In this document: positions 18,782-28,879 of the stretch, in pieces
Numbering within the stretch: position 1 is the stretch's first letter
Layout of the letters: every line of letters starts with the position of its first letter
Virus record (IMG/VR): IMGVR_UViG_3300047160_020067
Location: 1-64,000 of that record
Direction: 5' to 3' (one strand)
DNA length: 64,000 nt
DNA from: a virus
Position numbers and translations under genes: made by a program
The notes under the pieces: model-generated
Told to the model about the DNA's origin: nothing
What the model saw: only the letters and a program-made list of their open reading frames with translations
Databases searched by the model: none

Positions 18782-20109
18782 GGCTCAGGTCGACACGTCG
18801 CTACAATGCGACCATGCTCCCCATCCACCGGTAACGGGCCAACCTCACCATATGCCTGCTCGTTGCGGCGTTTTGGCACCCGAAAACTCACAATCCCTTC
18901 TTGTTTATCTTGCTCGGTTCGGACCAAAGTGACCACTAAATCTGGCGTCCGCACTTTATGCTTACTATCTGAAACATCATCAAGGTCGGGCTTTTTACTA
19001 CGGGCACCACCACGCACCATCTGCGACGCAGTCCAAAGCCATCCATCCCGTTCGATGTTCATATCACGCAAGAAATCGTAAACGATCTCCATCTCTTCAT
19101 AACCACGTCGTTGCGTTTCCAATTTAGATACAAGTTTATCGGCGTAATCAATAACGATTACCTTAGGCGAAAAACTATGCGCTGCCTCAACATCCTTAAG
19201 CCACCGGCGAACGCTAGCCGCCGTGGTCGCTTTAGGCGTCTGATAACTGACAATCAAATTTCCACGCTTGAGCATAGCCAACCTCCGCTCAGCTTCATCC
19301 GGATTACCCGCCAACTGTGTCTTAGTCATACCAACTAAATTAGAATAGATACGATTCTTCACATTGGCTTCGCCCAATTCCAGCGTCATGTACGCGCAAT
19401 CATAACCGTGAAGCAATGCTTCAGCCGTAAGATGGCATAGGAAGAGCGACTTACCCGATCCCTCACCTCCAATGGCGCAACCCATAGAACCGCGTTCTAG
19501 ACCGCCTTTGAGAAACTCATCCAGCTCTGGCACACCAGTTGGAAGCGGGTCTCGCATAATGCTCTCAGCACAAGCCTTAATATCCTCGGAACTTCCCTGC
19601 AGTAACTGCCCTAAAGTTCCTTTGCGCTTACCAAGCGCCGCAACCTTCTCAAACCGGTCGGCGGTCTCGTGAACGCCATTTCCCTTACCGAAATCATCAA
19701 ACGCAGCCTGTAGCGCATCCTGTTGCAAGAAGCGCTGCACTACGGGAATAACGCCCTGCACGAGCGCGTCCACATCGTCTACACCGCCCAGGTCCTCGGC
19801 GAGGTCTACAAAATCGCTCGCCGCGTTCACGTCCTCCATGCGCAACTTGCCGTCGTGCACCAATGTACGCAGGTTTTGTAGTGCTAACGTCGCCGAAGGG
19901 CAACCCGCGCCCGTCTCACGAGCAACAGCCTGTGCGGCGCGCACAAGGTGGATCGCCTCTGCACTGGGCATTCGGTCGGGCTCCAGAGCGTGCCCCACCA
20001 TGTCGTGAAAGCGCGGAATGCTGATTTCGGCTAAAACCACTTGTGATTCAAAGCGCTTATTGAATGGATACCGCTCCAGTTCCTTAGTTGCGCTCATGAA
20101 TTCGTCCAA
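18766..20109 (-). CDS. dnaB: DnaB-like replicative helicase
   Basis: TGVPELD, GGEGSGKS, YMTLEL, IVIDYAD, WTASQ. Confidence 0.9.
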   Translation of the reverse strand: MDEFMSATKELERYPFNKRFESQVVLAEISIPRFHDMVGHALEPDRMPSAEAIHLVRAAQAVARETGAGCPSATLALQNLRTLVHDGKLRMEDVNAASDFVDLAEDLGGVDDVDALVQGVIPVVQRFLQQDALQAAFDDFGKGNGVHETADRFEKVAALGKRKGTLGQLLQGSSEDIKACAESIMRDPLPTGVPELDEFLKGGLERGSMGCAIGGEGSGKSLFLCHLTAEALLHGYDCAYMTLELGEANVKNRIYSNLVGMTKTQLAGNPDEAERRLAMLKRGNLIVSYQTPKATTAASVRRWLKDVEAAHSFSPKVIVIDYADKLVSKLETQRRGYEEMEIVYDFLRDMNIERDGWLWTASQMVRGGARSKKPDLDDVSDSKHKVRTPDLVVTLVRTEQDKQEGIVSFRVPKRRNEQAYGEVGPLPVDGEHGRIVATCRPEPWRKR

Positions 20110-20816
20110 ATGGCCTCAATGGAAGGCTTCATGGTGCCACGAATGCGCTTGAACGGACGGAAAGGTAGCCATGCGGCTCCCATGTTTTCGCACACCATAG
20201 TTTGTCCCTTTCGGGCCTTACACCATTCCGCCAAGTTTTGGTAGTCAATTTGGTCTGAACCAAAGACGTACATCTTTCCAGCAAGCTGATACGGTGGGTC
20301 AACAAACCAAGTCGCTTCAATGTTTGGCGAATCGTGGTACGAGCCCTCAATCACGCGCCAATGGCGAACACACCCAACCTGAGATGCGATCTTCTCCCGC
20401 TTGTGCGGCCAGCCATGATACGGACGGTTCGACCATGGCGTCAGATACCTGCCGGGCTTCACATCTGCCTGGTTCATGTTGAACCCCACGAGCCAACGCG
20501 CTTCTTGCGGAACCCACGAAGGTAAATCATCCACATGAGTAACAGGTGGAATGTCCATAATTTCTTGCGGCTTTGCGGAAATGAGGTAACGCCACACGCC
20601 AACAATGACAGGGTTTTTCTCTATGAGAATCACGTTACGATTCCAATAGCGCAGCGAGTAACCGGCAGCGCCCGCAAACGGTTCTACGATTGTCTGATAA
20701 GCAGGAAGGGGATAATGTGGTGCGATGCGGTACTTACCGCCAAAGTAGTTCCAAAAGGTCGTCACGTTTCCGACGCGCCCGCCCACTTGTGCCATTATGC
20801 GTCCTTTGGTGTGCAT
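20094..20816 (-). CDS. D12-class DNA adenine methyltransferase
   Basis: YFGGKY, EPFAG and FVDPPY motifs; real start may be 20795 because of the duplication. Confidence 0.85.
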   Translation of the reverse strand: MHTKGRIMAQVGGRVGNVTTFWNYFGGKYRIAPHYPLPAYQTIVEPFAGAAGYSLRYWNRNVILIEKNPVIVGVWRYLISAKPQEIMDIPPVTHVDDLPSWVPQEARWLVGFNMNQADVKPGRYLTPWSNRPYHGWPHKREKIASQVGCVRHWRVIEGSYHDSPNIEATWFVDPPYQLAGKMYVFGSDQIDYQNLAEWCKARKGQTMVCENMGAAWLPFRPFKRIRGTMKPSIEAIWTNS

Positions 20817-20834
20817 TATGCGTCCTTTGGTGTG
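20793..20834. repeat. Perfect 21-bp tandem duplication of an RBS + TAATG junction
   Basis: cattatgcgtcctttggtgtg at 20793-20813 and 20814-20834. Confidence 0.95.
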
Positions 20835-21092
20835 TAGTACTCAATACGAATATTCTCCTCGCGCATAAGGTCATCAACCTTTGCTTCAATGTCTCGGTAT
20901 CCTTGTTCTATAACTGCTGCGCGAAGTTTCGCCCACGCCCTAAATTTTGGACTATTAATCAATCTTTGGAGGGCCAATTTCTTATTTTGTGATTGCATAC
21001 GCTCATCCCGCGCTTCCCCAACCACCAGCACGAAAAAATTGAACGTCTAAATCTTTTTTAGTAACAACAAAAAGAGGTTGACCGCGTGTCAC
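20816..21092 (-). pseudogene. RF-1/ArfB-like peptidyl-tRNA hydrolase with the GGQ segment missing and a frameshift
   Basis: Frame 1 (GTG at 21092, GGAGG RBS): MTRGQPLFVVTKKDLDVQFFRAGG then stop. Frame 2: VVGEARDERMQSQNKKLALQRL... The GGQxxNK...VRIxH segment is absent. Confidence 0.75.
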
Positions 21093-22336
21093 TGGCGTCC
21101 TCCATTTCGGATACGCGGAAAACATGCGATGGGATCGGCAAAACCGATGCGAATTTCTTCAGCACGAACATCGGCGTACCATTGCGGAAATCCTCGGTAA
21201 AAAACATCGGCGTCAGTCGCACCGCGTGCCCGCAAAAGCGCTTCTCGTCGACGGTACATTGCCTCAAGATGCTTTTGCGTCGGTTCGTACTTTAGGCCAC
21301 CGGTCTCGTCAGTTTTTCGAAACCAACCTAGCCGCTTACGGAGGGTGCTCGCCGAGAAAAGAATCGCAACTGGTGGTGGCTTATCGGGATAGTGATGCTT
21401 AAGTTTCGGCATCCACCATAGCGCCCATGCAAGTGGCGGAATTTCCTCCTCAACAAGAACTTCAGCGGCTGCCGCAAGTCGGGGGTATGTTTTCATGCGT
21501 AAGGGGTTTCCCCAAGGATGACATCGGGTACCATAGATTTCGTGTACGGCGGAGTTGTAGGCCGCTAGCATTCCCCTGACGCGAACTGGGGGCGGAGTAG
21601 TCCCAAAGATAACTTGATGACAAGTCGAAATGAGGGGGGCAGATTCCATAGGCGGCAAACTTGATTCGAAGCCTGGGGGCGGGCTCGGAGCCAAGTTGCA
21701 ATTACCTGGGAGGACAGTTCCTAACTTTCCTGCCGACTCTGAAGAGCAATGCTTAAGATCCGAAATCGAGTCTTTGAGATTTCGCGTTTCGAACGTAGTT
21801 CGAAACGGAATGGGAAGAGACTGATTAGTAGTAATACCTAAATTGGGACAGTTTGACCCCCCATTTTGAAAATCTCGTATTGGGACAGTTTGACTCGTAA
21901 CTTGATTTCGTTTTCCGCCTCTTCCAGGGAGTAGGGCCACCGCTCCGAGAACGTCCTGTGGTAATCTAGGATACGGATATAAAACTTTGTAACGCTTAAA
22001 TTTTCTGCTAACCAGTGCGCCGTCTCGTTCAACTTGACGTACGTCTGCTAGTTGTTCGATGATTCCGACGTTTTGTAGTCGGTTTAGCCAGCGCAGTAAG
22101 GACCGGCGATTCAGGCCGTTGTCATCATGACGTTGGCCGAGTTCACGTGTGATAACGATATTTACCGTGCTGATTAAATACCCGTTACTTATGTATTTCC
22201 ATTTGTTGCGAACCCCGGCTAATCCTAACGCTCGCCATACCTGAACTGCTCTGGTCCCAAGTTTGCGTTCTTCTTTTGCTGTTAGCGTGCGCTGATCGTT
22301 TTCAATCCGTGTTCTGCGTTTTAGCCAGACAGACAT
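21089..22336 (-). CDS. Putative replication initiator / origin-binding protein
   Basis: N-terminal winged-HTH-like segment (NRRSLLRWLNRLQNVGIIEQ), low-complexity linker carrying DNA repeats, location between two helicases. Confidence 0.55.
   Translation of the reverse strand: MSVWLKRRTRIENDQRTLTAKEERKLGTRAVQVWRALGLAGVRNKWKYISNGYLISTVNIVITRELGQRHDDNGLNRRSLLRWLNRLQNVGIIEQLADVRQVERDGALVSRKFKRYKVLYPYPRLPQDVLGAVALLPGRGGKRNQVTSQTVPIRDFQNGGSNCPNLGITTNQSLPIPFRTTFETRNLKDSISDLKHCSSESAGKLGTVLPGNCNLAPSPPPGFESSLPPMESAPLISTCHQVIFGTTPPPVRVRGMLAAYNSAVHEIYGTRCHPWGNPLRMKTYPRLAAAAEVLVEEEIPPLAWALWWMPKLKHHYPDKPPPVAILFSASTLRKRLGWFRKTDETGGLKYEPTQKHLEAMYRRREALLRARGATDADVFYRGFPQWYADVRAEEIRIGFADPIACFPRIRNGGRQ
21785..21894. 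repeat. Iteron-like direct repeats and inverted repeat (candidate origin)
   Basis: attgggacagtttgac at 21842-21857 and 21879-21894; inverted repeat cgtttcgaac-gta-gttcgaaacg at 21785-21807. Confidence 0.55.
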
Positions 22337-22370
22337 GAGAACCTTTCTTTACTCATCTAAACGGGGAAAT

Positions 22371-23717
22371 TTATGGCTCTATTACCGTTTCGAAACCCTC
22401 ACCTGCGTAAGCTTTTAGTCTTTCTCGTGTGTGCCTTTCCAGCCATTTGTTTCCCCTGTCGGCAATGTCATATACTTCAAACTCATCTTTGCCTTGCGCC
22501 ATACGCATTCCGCGACCGATTCGTTGTAGTGCCGCGATAACACTTTGGCCGCCGCTAGCAATCACCACACTTTGAAGCGCTGGGATATCGATACCTTCTT
22601 GAAATATTACGGAACAGATGAGTACTTCGATGTCGCCGCGGATAAGTTTATGCACCGCGGCACGCCGGCGGTCGGTTGAATCAGATCCCCACACGAAATC
22701 GCATGGGATGCCAACCTGTTGAAACACCTTTGCGAGTCCTTTACCGTGCGCAATTTCTTTAACAAAAACGAGGCAGGGTTTGGCCGAACGGCGAACCGCC
22801 TGAAGAACTACTTTGTTGCGGGGCACACTACGCACAATACACTCACCGTAGACGCCTTGCCAGGTTGGCCGTATCGATGTTTGCGTTACCGTGAGCATCC
22901 GAATTTTCGGACGAGCTAAAACCCCAGCTTGAATCAGAACTTCCGGGCGAATGCGATAAATTACAGGCCCGGTTGCGGCTATCGTAAGTAGACTGCGCCG
23001 GTCACCACGCGCTAAGGGTGTGCCGCTAAGCCCGATTCGATAATACGCGTTGATGCTCATAGCTACTTTCCAAAACGAATCGGCGGGCAGGGTATGCGCT
23101 TCGTCGACTATGAGGCCGCCAATGTTGGCTAAAAGAAATTTTGCTTCAGGCTGCATTAGCCGGGCGTGGAGCGTTTGGAATGTGGCGACAGTGAAACGGT
23201 CCCTTGGTTCCCAAACGCCGTCTCCAATGCGACCTGCGTGCGTTTGGCAGCGAGTTTCATAACGCTCAGCGGCTTGCTTCATCAAGGAAGACCGATGGAC
23301 CAGAAATAACCATTTGCATGGCAATGATTTAGTAAGCGCAATTGCAATTTCTGTTTTGCCACTACCCGTCGGACACCAAAGAATTCCGCGTCCGCGATTT
23401 AAAACTCGGTTAACCGCATCTTGTTGGTAATCTCGAAGCCATCCTAGATCAGCAGTCAGGTCAAGATGGCAAGGAGGTTGACGGTGGTCAACAAGCTCGA
23501 TTTGGATACCTTCTGGTATTGCGGCTTTTTTTACCATCGGAACGAAACCAGACGGGAAGGTATCGTTTAATACGTTATACATACGGACATATCCGTCTCC
23601 ATGTCCATGGAAACGCGCACGTGGGTCTTCAAAAGAAAGGTACCCACGGAGCCAAGTCTTTTCTTCTTCGGTTGCCCGAAGCACTTTGGTACGAAGATTG
23701 GAAATGTCTAACCACAT
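22371..23717 (-). CDS. SF2 DEAH helicase (UvsW-like)
   Basis: LRDYQ, PTGSGKT, VDEAH, LSGTP, EGIDIP, QRIGRGMR. Confidence 0.92.
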   Translation of the reverse strand: MWLDISNLRTKVLRATEEEKTWLRGYLSFEDPRARFHGHGDGYVRMYNVLNDTFPSGFVPMVKKAAIPEGIQIELVDHRQPPCHLDLTADLGWLRDYQQDAVNRVLNRGRGILWCPTGSGKTEIAIALTKSLPCKWLFLVHRSSLMKQAAERYETRCQTHAGRIGDGVWEPRDRFTVATFQTLHARLMQPEAKFLLANIGGLIVDEAHTLPADSFWKVAMSINAYYRIGLSGTPLARGDRRSLLTIAATGPVIYRIRPEVLIQAGVLARPKIRMLTVTQTSIRPTWQGVYGECIVRSVPRNKVVLQAVRRSAKPCLVFVKEIAHGKGLAKVFQQVGIPCDFVWGSDSTDRRRAAVHKLIRGDIEVLICSVIFQEGIDIPALQSVVIASGGQSVIAALQRIGRGMRMAQGKDEFEVYDIADRGNKWLERHTRERLKAYAGEGFETVIEP

Positions 23718-23905
23718 AATAGTCTTAATTCTGCTTGTACATCTGGCGGCAAACTATTGAAAAAAGTTGTGATAGATCGCCACGGTTTATGACGCAGCAT
23801 GCCCGATCCGATACACTCGAAGTAATACGTATCGTTTTCGGTTGGGAATAAATGTACCGAGCGTAAAATTGTGTCATTTCCACATACAGGACATTTAAAT
23901 GGCAT
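23708..23905 (-). CDS. Small Zn-ribbon protein
   Basis: CPVCG...C...H. Confidence 0.55.
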   Translation of the reverse strand: MPFKCPVCGNDTILRSVHLFPTENDTYYFECIGSGMLRHKPWRSITTFFNSLPPDVQAELRLLCG

Positions 23906-24560
23906 TCGCTACTCCAAGCCGCCAAGCGCTATCGGCTACCGCAACCGCCTCTATTGGAATCAGCCGCCTAACGATTGCGGCACACTCTTTAAGGGTTGCG
24001 GCTCTGGCGGCATCAGCGGCGTCGGCGGCATAAGCGGCGTCGGCGGCATAAGCGGCGGCATCAGCGGCGTCGGCGGCAGCATAAGCGGCGGCTCTGGCGG
24101 CATCAGCGGCGTTGGCGGCGGCAGTATCAACGGCAGCATTGGCGGCATCGGCGGCATAAGCGGCTCTGGCGGCATAGGCGGCGGCATAGGCGGCATCAGC
24201 GGCGGCATAAGCGGCTCTGGCGGCATAGGCGGCATCAGCGGCGGCATAAGCGGCGTTGGCGGCAGCATAGGAGGCTTTGGCGGCTGCCTTTACCTGTTCT
24301 AGAGTAGCCTCGTTGCGGCACCAGGCTTCTGCGGCCTCAATGGCCTTTAAGGGGCGGCTTTCGCCTTTGGGGACGTGCGGCAGAGCTAGCCGTGCACAGG
24401 CTGCCGCGGCTTGGACCACGAGGCGGCGGTCTATTCCTATTGTGGCGGCTTTCCGCAACATCCAATCGCCTCGGTCACAGGCCGCCCATGCAGTTTTAGC
24501 TGGTTGCAATAACCAGTCATTATAATAAGGTTGAGCCATTTTTGTTTTTCCCTTTGCCAT
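23895..24560 (-). CDS. Ala-repeat cassette protein, copy 3 (Imm5-like family)
   Basis: Same core as copies 1 and 2, with a longer AAYAA/AADAA/AARAA tract. Confidence 0.8.
   Translation of the reverse strand: MAKGKTKMAQPYYNDWLLQPAKTAWAACDRGDWMLRKAATIGIDRRLVVQAAAACARLALPHVPKGESRPLKAIEAAEAWCRNEATLEQVKAAAKASYAAANAAYAAADAAYAARAAYAAADAAYAAAYAARAAYAADAANAAVDTAAANAADAARAAAYAAADAADAAAYAADAAYAADAADAARAATLKECAAIVRRLIPIEAVAVADSAWRLGVANAI
23927..24491. repeat. Dispersed near-identical cassette, copy 3
   Basis: Direct nucleotide identity with the flanks of 15829-16294. Confidence 0.95.
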
Positions 24561-24777
24561 TCAGTTTATTGCCAAACCGTATTCGTGTGTCTATCGCCAG
24601 TTGCTCTGTGAGCAAATCCACCAGTTCGTGTATATGTTCTGCACGAACAAAACGAATACTGGTTCGCGCTTCATCAACGAGCCAGAGATAAAGCACACCC
24701 GAGATGCTGGACCGCCACGTCCGGCACACCGTAAGGCCGTATTTCGCACAGACTTCGCCCGCATCTCGTTCGGTCAT
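24520..24777 (-). CDS. Hypothetical protein
   Basis: GGAGG RBS upstream. Confidence 0.6.
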   Translation of the reverse strand: MTERDAGEVCAKYGLTVCRTWRSSISGVLYLWLVDEARTSIRFVRAEHIHELVDLLTEQLAIDTRIRFGNKLNGKGKNKNGSTLL

Positions 24778-24809
24778 ATCACGCCTCCAGGTAAAAAATT
24801 TGTGCCGTC

Positions 24810-25451
24810 TTAGCTTGCGTCACTATCGTCTTCTTCCCCTTCAAGAAGTGTGTATAGTGCGTCCCCGAGAGAAACTTGTGTATCTTTTGCAGCACGCTTA
24901 AGTTTCCGTTTAACTGTTCGCATTTCATCGAACGAGGTAAATTCAATTTCCAACACGTGCATTGTGGCGGCTTTAACTTCTTCCTCGCCGATCGAAGCAG
25001 AAGCCAATACGTCTTCTTCAGACGTACCGCGTAGGGAAGACAAAAGGTCTTCAATCTCATCAGGAGTGAAGCCAGTTGTGTAGGTGAGATAATCAGTAGG
25101 CATCCCGGCATCTGTCAGCTCCGACAGAATAGCAGCAACCTTTGCTAAATCGAGATCGCCGCGTAGTTTATTCATACCGATTTGTACTGCCTTTGCACCC
25201 TGTGCCTTATCGAAATCTTTGATGAGCGCTGGTACGGTTTCCATTCCGATCTCGCGAGCTGCTCTCGCACGATGATGACCATCCACAATGACCCAGCGTT
25301 TGTCGGTGAAGCTAATTAGAATGGGTTGAAGAAAGCCGTTCACACGGATGCTCTCTACGAGCATTTTAAAATGCTCGTCATCCATTTTATTAGGATTATC
25401 TGGTTGCTCCTCCAGTTTATGGAGTGGTACGTCAATGTATTCACAGGTCAT
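24810..25451 (-). CDS. ParB/Srx domain protein
   Basis: NPNKM, GFLQPILI, IVDGHHR. Confidence 0.88.
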   Translation of the reverse strand: MTCEYIDVPLHKLEEQPDNPNKMDDEHFKMLVESIRVNGFLQPILISFTDKRWVIVDGHHRARAAREIGMETVPALIKDFDKAQGAKAVQIGMNKLRGDLDLAKVAAILSELTDAGMPTDYLTYTTGFTPDEIEDLLSSLRGTSEEDVLASASIGEEEVKAATMHVLEIEFTSFDEMRTVKRKLKRAAKDTQVSLGDALYTLLEGEEDDSDAS

Positions 25452-26077
25452 TTTGACTCCTTGCTTAGCTGCTGAATACGCGAATCCTTAGCAAGTACGC
25501 GTTTAACGCGTTTCAGTGAGCGATAGACAACATCTACCGGAATACCGATAGCGTCAGCAACTTCTTTTGGTTTGTGTCCGGATAGTACTGAAAGACCAAG
25601 TGTGCGGTCAGTCGGGGATAGTTTTGCCGTAGACTCGTTGACGAACATAGCTATCTGTTTGCGAAGTAGTTTTATCCCAACAGCTTCATCAATGGATTCG
25701 GTTATGCTTTGACGACTAATAAAACCCTCGAAGCGCATAATATTCTGGTCAACTTCTGAGGGGGAATTAAATTTATTCGCTAGAGGATTGAGGCTAATGG
25801 AACAAACTGTCTCATTGGCGACTTTAAAGTCGTACCAGCGAATCGTTACTGGGCAACGGCGTTTCCAAAGTTGCTTCGAAAGATGTAAAAAGGCTGCACG
25901 CCACAAGTATGGTCCAGGTTTTCCCTTTGCCGGATTAAATCGTCGGGACGCACTGAGTAAACCAATCCAAGCATCTTGTTTCATTTCACGCTCGTCAGCG
26001 TGCACGCCTCGTTTGCGGAAGTATGTTACTACTGAACCAACCAAACGTTCTGTCTCTTCAAAAGGGAGGAGTGCCAT
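25448..26077 (-). CDS. Phage sigma-70-like factor
   Basis: Region 2 (EMKQDAWIGLLSASRRFNPAKG) and region 4 HTH (PKEVADAIGIPVDVVYRSLKR). Confidence 0.8.
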   Translation of the reverse strand: MALLPFEETERLVGSVVTYFRKRGVHADEREMKQDAWIGLLSASRRFNPAKGKPGPYLWRAAFLHLSKQLWKRRCPVTIRWYDFKVANETVCSISLNPLANKFNSPSEVDQNIMRFEGFISRQSITESIDEAVGIKLLRKQIAMFVNESTAKLSPTDRTLGLSVLSGHKPKEVADAIGIPVDVVYRSLKRVKRVLAKDSRIQQLSKESK

Positions 26078-26358
26078 TATTTTCCTCCTAAACGTAATTC
26101 TGCTTCACGAATCTCCGCTGATGGTCCTTTAGAATATTCGTTAACTTTCACCCAACTTGGTTCCAAGCCACCCGCCATTTCGAGACGCCGCCATTCATCA
26201 GTCTGAGTTTCTAATTCCACGAGAAGAGTATCTTGGGATATTCGGCATGACCGAATAATAGAAGTTTCCCGCTCGCGGTACCATTGTCTGACGCTTAGAG
26301 GGTGGTTACGAATCCATTCCATTGTTTTGTTTAAGAGGTCTTCGTAGTAGACGTTCAC
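26077..26358 (-). CDS. Hypothetical protein
   Basis: Overlap-coupled on both sides. Confidence 0.55.
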   Translation of the reverse strand: MNVYYEDLLNKTMEWIRNHPLSVRQWYRERETSIIRSCRISQDTLLVELETQTDEWRRLEMAGGLEPSWVKVNEYSKGPSAEIREAELRLGGK

Positions 26359-27227
26359 ACTACTGCCTCTTCATTGCCTGTCGTTATAAGTGCGGCCGCT
26401 GCGATGTCAGCCTGAAGGCGTTGAAGACGTTCTTGAAGAGCATCAAGTCCCTGCCCGAGAAGTGCTTCGTAAGAAGCAACCTTTTTACTCATTTTGGAGC
26501 AGCGTTCTGCGCGCGTTTTAATCGCTCGCCCGCTTAGCTTATCTAGTTCTGCCTCAATGCCTTTTGCCTCTTCCTCTGCCTCGCGTGTGATTGCGTTGAC
26601 GATAGCGGCAACTGTCTCTTCCGAGTGCATTGCCGGCACTTCGTACATAACGTGTTCAGATGCCGTACGAATTGCAGCAACGTAAGTGCGCCACTCGTTT
26701 AATCGATGGCGCGGGATGAAGTATACGCCCCCACCTTCGCGCAGAGAAAGTGAATCCAAACGCTGAATAAGTTTGGTTAGCCAGTAGCTCACGTCATTGT
26801 GGTTAAGTGACGCCTTTTCACGCTCGAAACGGACTTGGGCATTGATTTGGATAAACGTGCCCGCGTCGCTGAGAAGGTCATCGCCTGGCGCCTCCACGAC
26901 CAGCTCGTCTGCGGCGTCAAGTTTCAGGTTGCAGACTTGGGCGTAATTGAGTTTACCCGCTGTGCCGATCTCGTCCACGATCGCCCAGCCGCCGCGGTTA
27001 GGAAGCTGGCGGACTAGTCGACGGATGTCCTTGTAGGACATCGCAGTGCGGTTAAGCGCCACTCGATTTGAGGTTGGATTAGGCAACAACTTTTCATCTA
27101 GGTTTTGGGTGCTCCACGCGATACTCAAGTCAGTCAGGTTAATGTCGCCTCTTAGATGCCACAGCACGATTGCTCCGGCTTCCTCCATCTGTTCTGTGAC
27201 TGCGACTATTTTTGCCATTGCTGTCAT
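26355..27227 (-). CDS. DUF3150/DUF6744-like protein typical of MoxR-VWA neighbourhoods
   Basis: LREGGGVYFIP motif, C-terminal coiled coil; strong RBS. Confidence 0.6.
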   Translation of the reverse strand: MTAMAKIVAVTEQMEEAGAIVLWHLRGDINLTDLSIAWSTQNLDEKLLPNPTSNRVALNRTAMSYKDIRRLVRQLPNRGGWAIVDEIGTAGKLNYAQVCNLKLDAADELVVEAPGDDLLSDAGTFIQINAQVRFEREKASLNHNDVSYWLTKLIQRLDSLSLREGGGVYFIPRHRLNEWRTYVAAIRTASEHVMYEVPAMHSEETVAAIVNAITREAEEEAKGIEAELDKLSGRAIKTRAERCSKMSKKVASYEALLGQGLDALQERLQRLQADIAAAALITTGNEEAVV

Positions 27228-27236
27228 TTTTTTCTC

Positions 27237-27614
27237 CTAGTGAATCATCCCGCCGGCGCTTGGCATTTTTGTAATTTCTCGAAGTTCGTTGTCGGTTGCA
27301 GTGATTTTTGCGGTCGCAATGAGTGCAAGTCCAAGCGATTCGTGGACTTGTGGGGATGGTGATTTTTGGTCTCTAAAAAGTTTGGGACAAAGCGCGCACT
27401 GTACAGAAACCCCAAGATGCGGATCTGCGTCGATTGATTGTAATACGGTTACCCGCGCTTGTTCATCTACTGTGACTCGCCATACATGCTTTCCAAGCCA
27501 GCAAGCGATAATAGTCCGCCAGGTTTTTTTGATCGGCGCTTTTGCTTCTTCGTTTGTTTGCTCAACTAATGTTTCAATATTGAGCTGTACTTGCATTACT
27601 TTTCCAGCGCTCAT
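27237..27614 (-). CDS. Hypothetical protein
   Basis: CWLGKHVW...CALC. Confidence 0.55.
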   Translation of the reverse strand: MSAGKVMQVQLNIETLVEQTNEEAKAPIKKTWRTIIACWLGKHVWRVTVDEQARVTVLQSIDADPHLGVSVQCALCPKLFRDQKSPSPQVHESLGLALIATAKITATDNELREITKMPSAGGMIH

Positions 27615-28879
27615 TGTGAATCCTTTTTGGTATCCGAATCGAGTTCAATTACTTTCCCCCAATTGCATGGGCGTTGTTTATATGGACCAACAAGCAGCCA
27701 GATAACCTTCATTGAGGCGGGAGCTGTCTGTGGAGCAGGACCGCACCCATCTGTAACGAAAACGATTACGTCAGGACGAGGATTAGCGCGGCTGAGATGT
27801 TCAAAGGCTGGTCGAAAATCCGTACCGCCGCCTCCTTTGAGGTTTTCTGCCATTTCTTTCCACCGGCGCACCTGGCGAAATGTATGTATATCCGAATCGA
27901 TTGAAATAAAAGTGATCTGTGCCCCGACTGCCGTGATCACACCTTGACCTTCGCGCAGGGCCATTTCCATTTCGCCAGAGCCCATTGAACCGGATGTGTC
28001 GATCACGAAAGCAACTTTAGGAATTGGAGAACGCATAACCGGAAGAATCGGACGACCGGTACCGTAACCTAGAGCTCCTTGGCGTCGCGTAGGACGATCA
28101 TAACGGTAATCGACAGCACCTGGTCGATAGGCGATAGCCGCACGGCATTCACGAGCTAGTTCATCTTGCCAACGTACCTTGGCCGGTTGGAGATATTCGC
28201 CAGCCCACCGCAACCATCCTCCTGGGACGGTACCACGGCTTTTTTGTGCCTCATCGCGAATTGCCTCAGCGGTTTCGTGCCGCACCCGCTTAATTTCCGC
28301 CTCACTACGCCCTTCTTTCGCTTCAGCGGAACCATCTTTTGGTTCACCGTTAACAGGATTACCGCCAGCAGAGCCGCATTTACCGGCTCCAAGGCGTCCT
28401 CCCACTTGATTCTTTTTCAATGCGTTGGGGAGATGTTGATAATACTCTTCTGCGGTCAAACCATCTTTACAACCAAAACATGCGGGAAGAAGGACATATT
28501 TATTGTCTGGATTTTTTTCGTCACCGGGTTTGTACCAAGCAAATGGAAGTTCCCAACCCCCCTCTTTGAGGTCGTCATTAATTTCGGCATCTGTCGCCAT
28601 GTTCCATCCTAGATTGTCCGTGGGCGCGAATTTTTTACCGCGCGTTGTATGATCCCGAAGCAGATGTCCAACTTCGTGAATTAAAGCCCCAGCAATCTGT
28701 GTCACGGTCCACTGTCCAAGTACTTCTGGGTCCCAAAGTAGTACGCCATGTTCAGTAACAGCAATTGTTCCTAACCCATCAACCGTGCGAGGCATTAAAG
28801 AAAAAAGCGCTGCTCTGAAATACGGCGCTTTTTCTTTCGCCATTAACCGACCAGCAGCAAGTTTTTCTCTCGGCGTCAT
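27611..28879 (-). CDS. Metallopeptidase-VWA protein (DUF2201-like)
   Basis: HEVGH, WNMATDAEIN, MIDAS DTSGSM, GGGGTDFRP, FVTDG. Confidence 0.88.
   Translation of the reverse strand: MTPREKLAAGRLMAKEKAPYFRAALFSLMPRTVDGLGTIAVTEHGVLLWDPEVLGQWTVTQIAGALIHEVGHLLRDHTTRGKKFAPTDNLGWNMATDAEINDDLKEGGWELPFAWYKPGDEKNPDNKYVLLPACFGCKDGLTAEEYYQHLPNALKKNQVGGRLGAGKCGSAGGNPVNGEPKDGSAEAKEGRSEAEIKRVRHETAEAIRDEAQKSRGTVPGGWLRWAGEYLQPAKVRWQDELARECRAAIAYRPGAVDYRYDRPTRRQGALGYGTGRPILPVMRSPIPKVAFVIDTSGSMGSGEMEMALREGQGVITAVGAQITFISIDSDIHTFRQVRRWKEMAENLKGGGGTDFRPAFEHLSRANPRPDVIVFVTDGCGPAPQTAPASMKVIWLLVGPYKQRPCNWGKVIELDSDTKKDSQ

Noticed and set aside
15829-24491. Diversity-generating retroelement (TR/VR pair) among the cassette copies
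   Set aside because: No reverse transcriptase is in the window. Differences are not adenine-specific and are mostly changes in repeat number and order.
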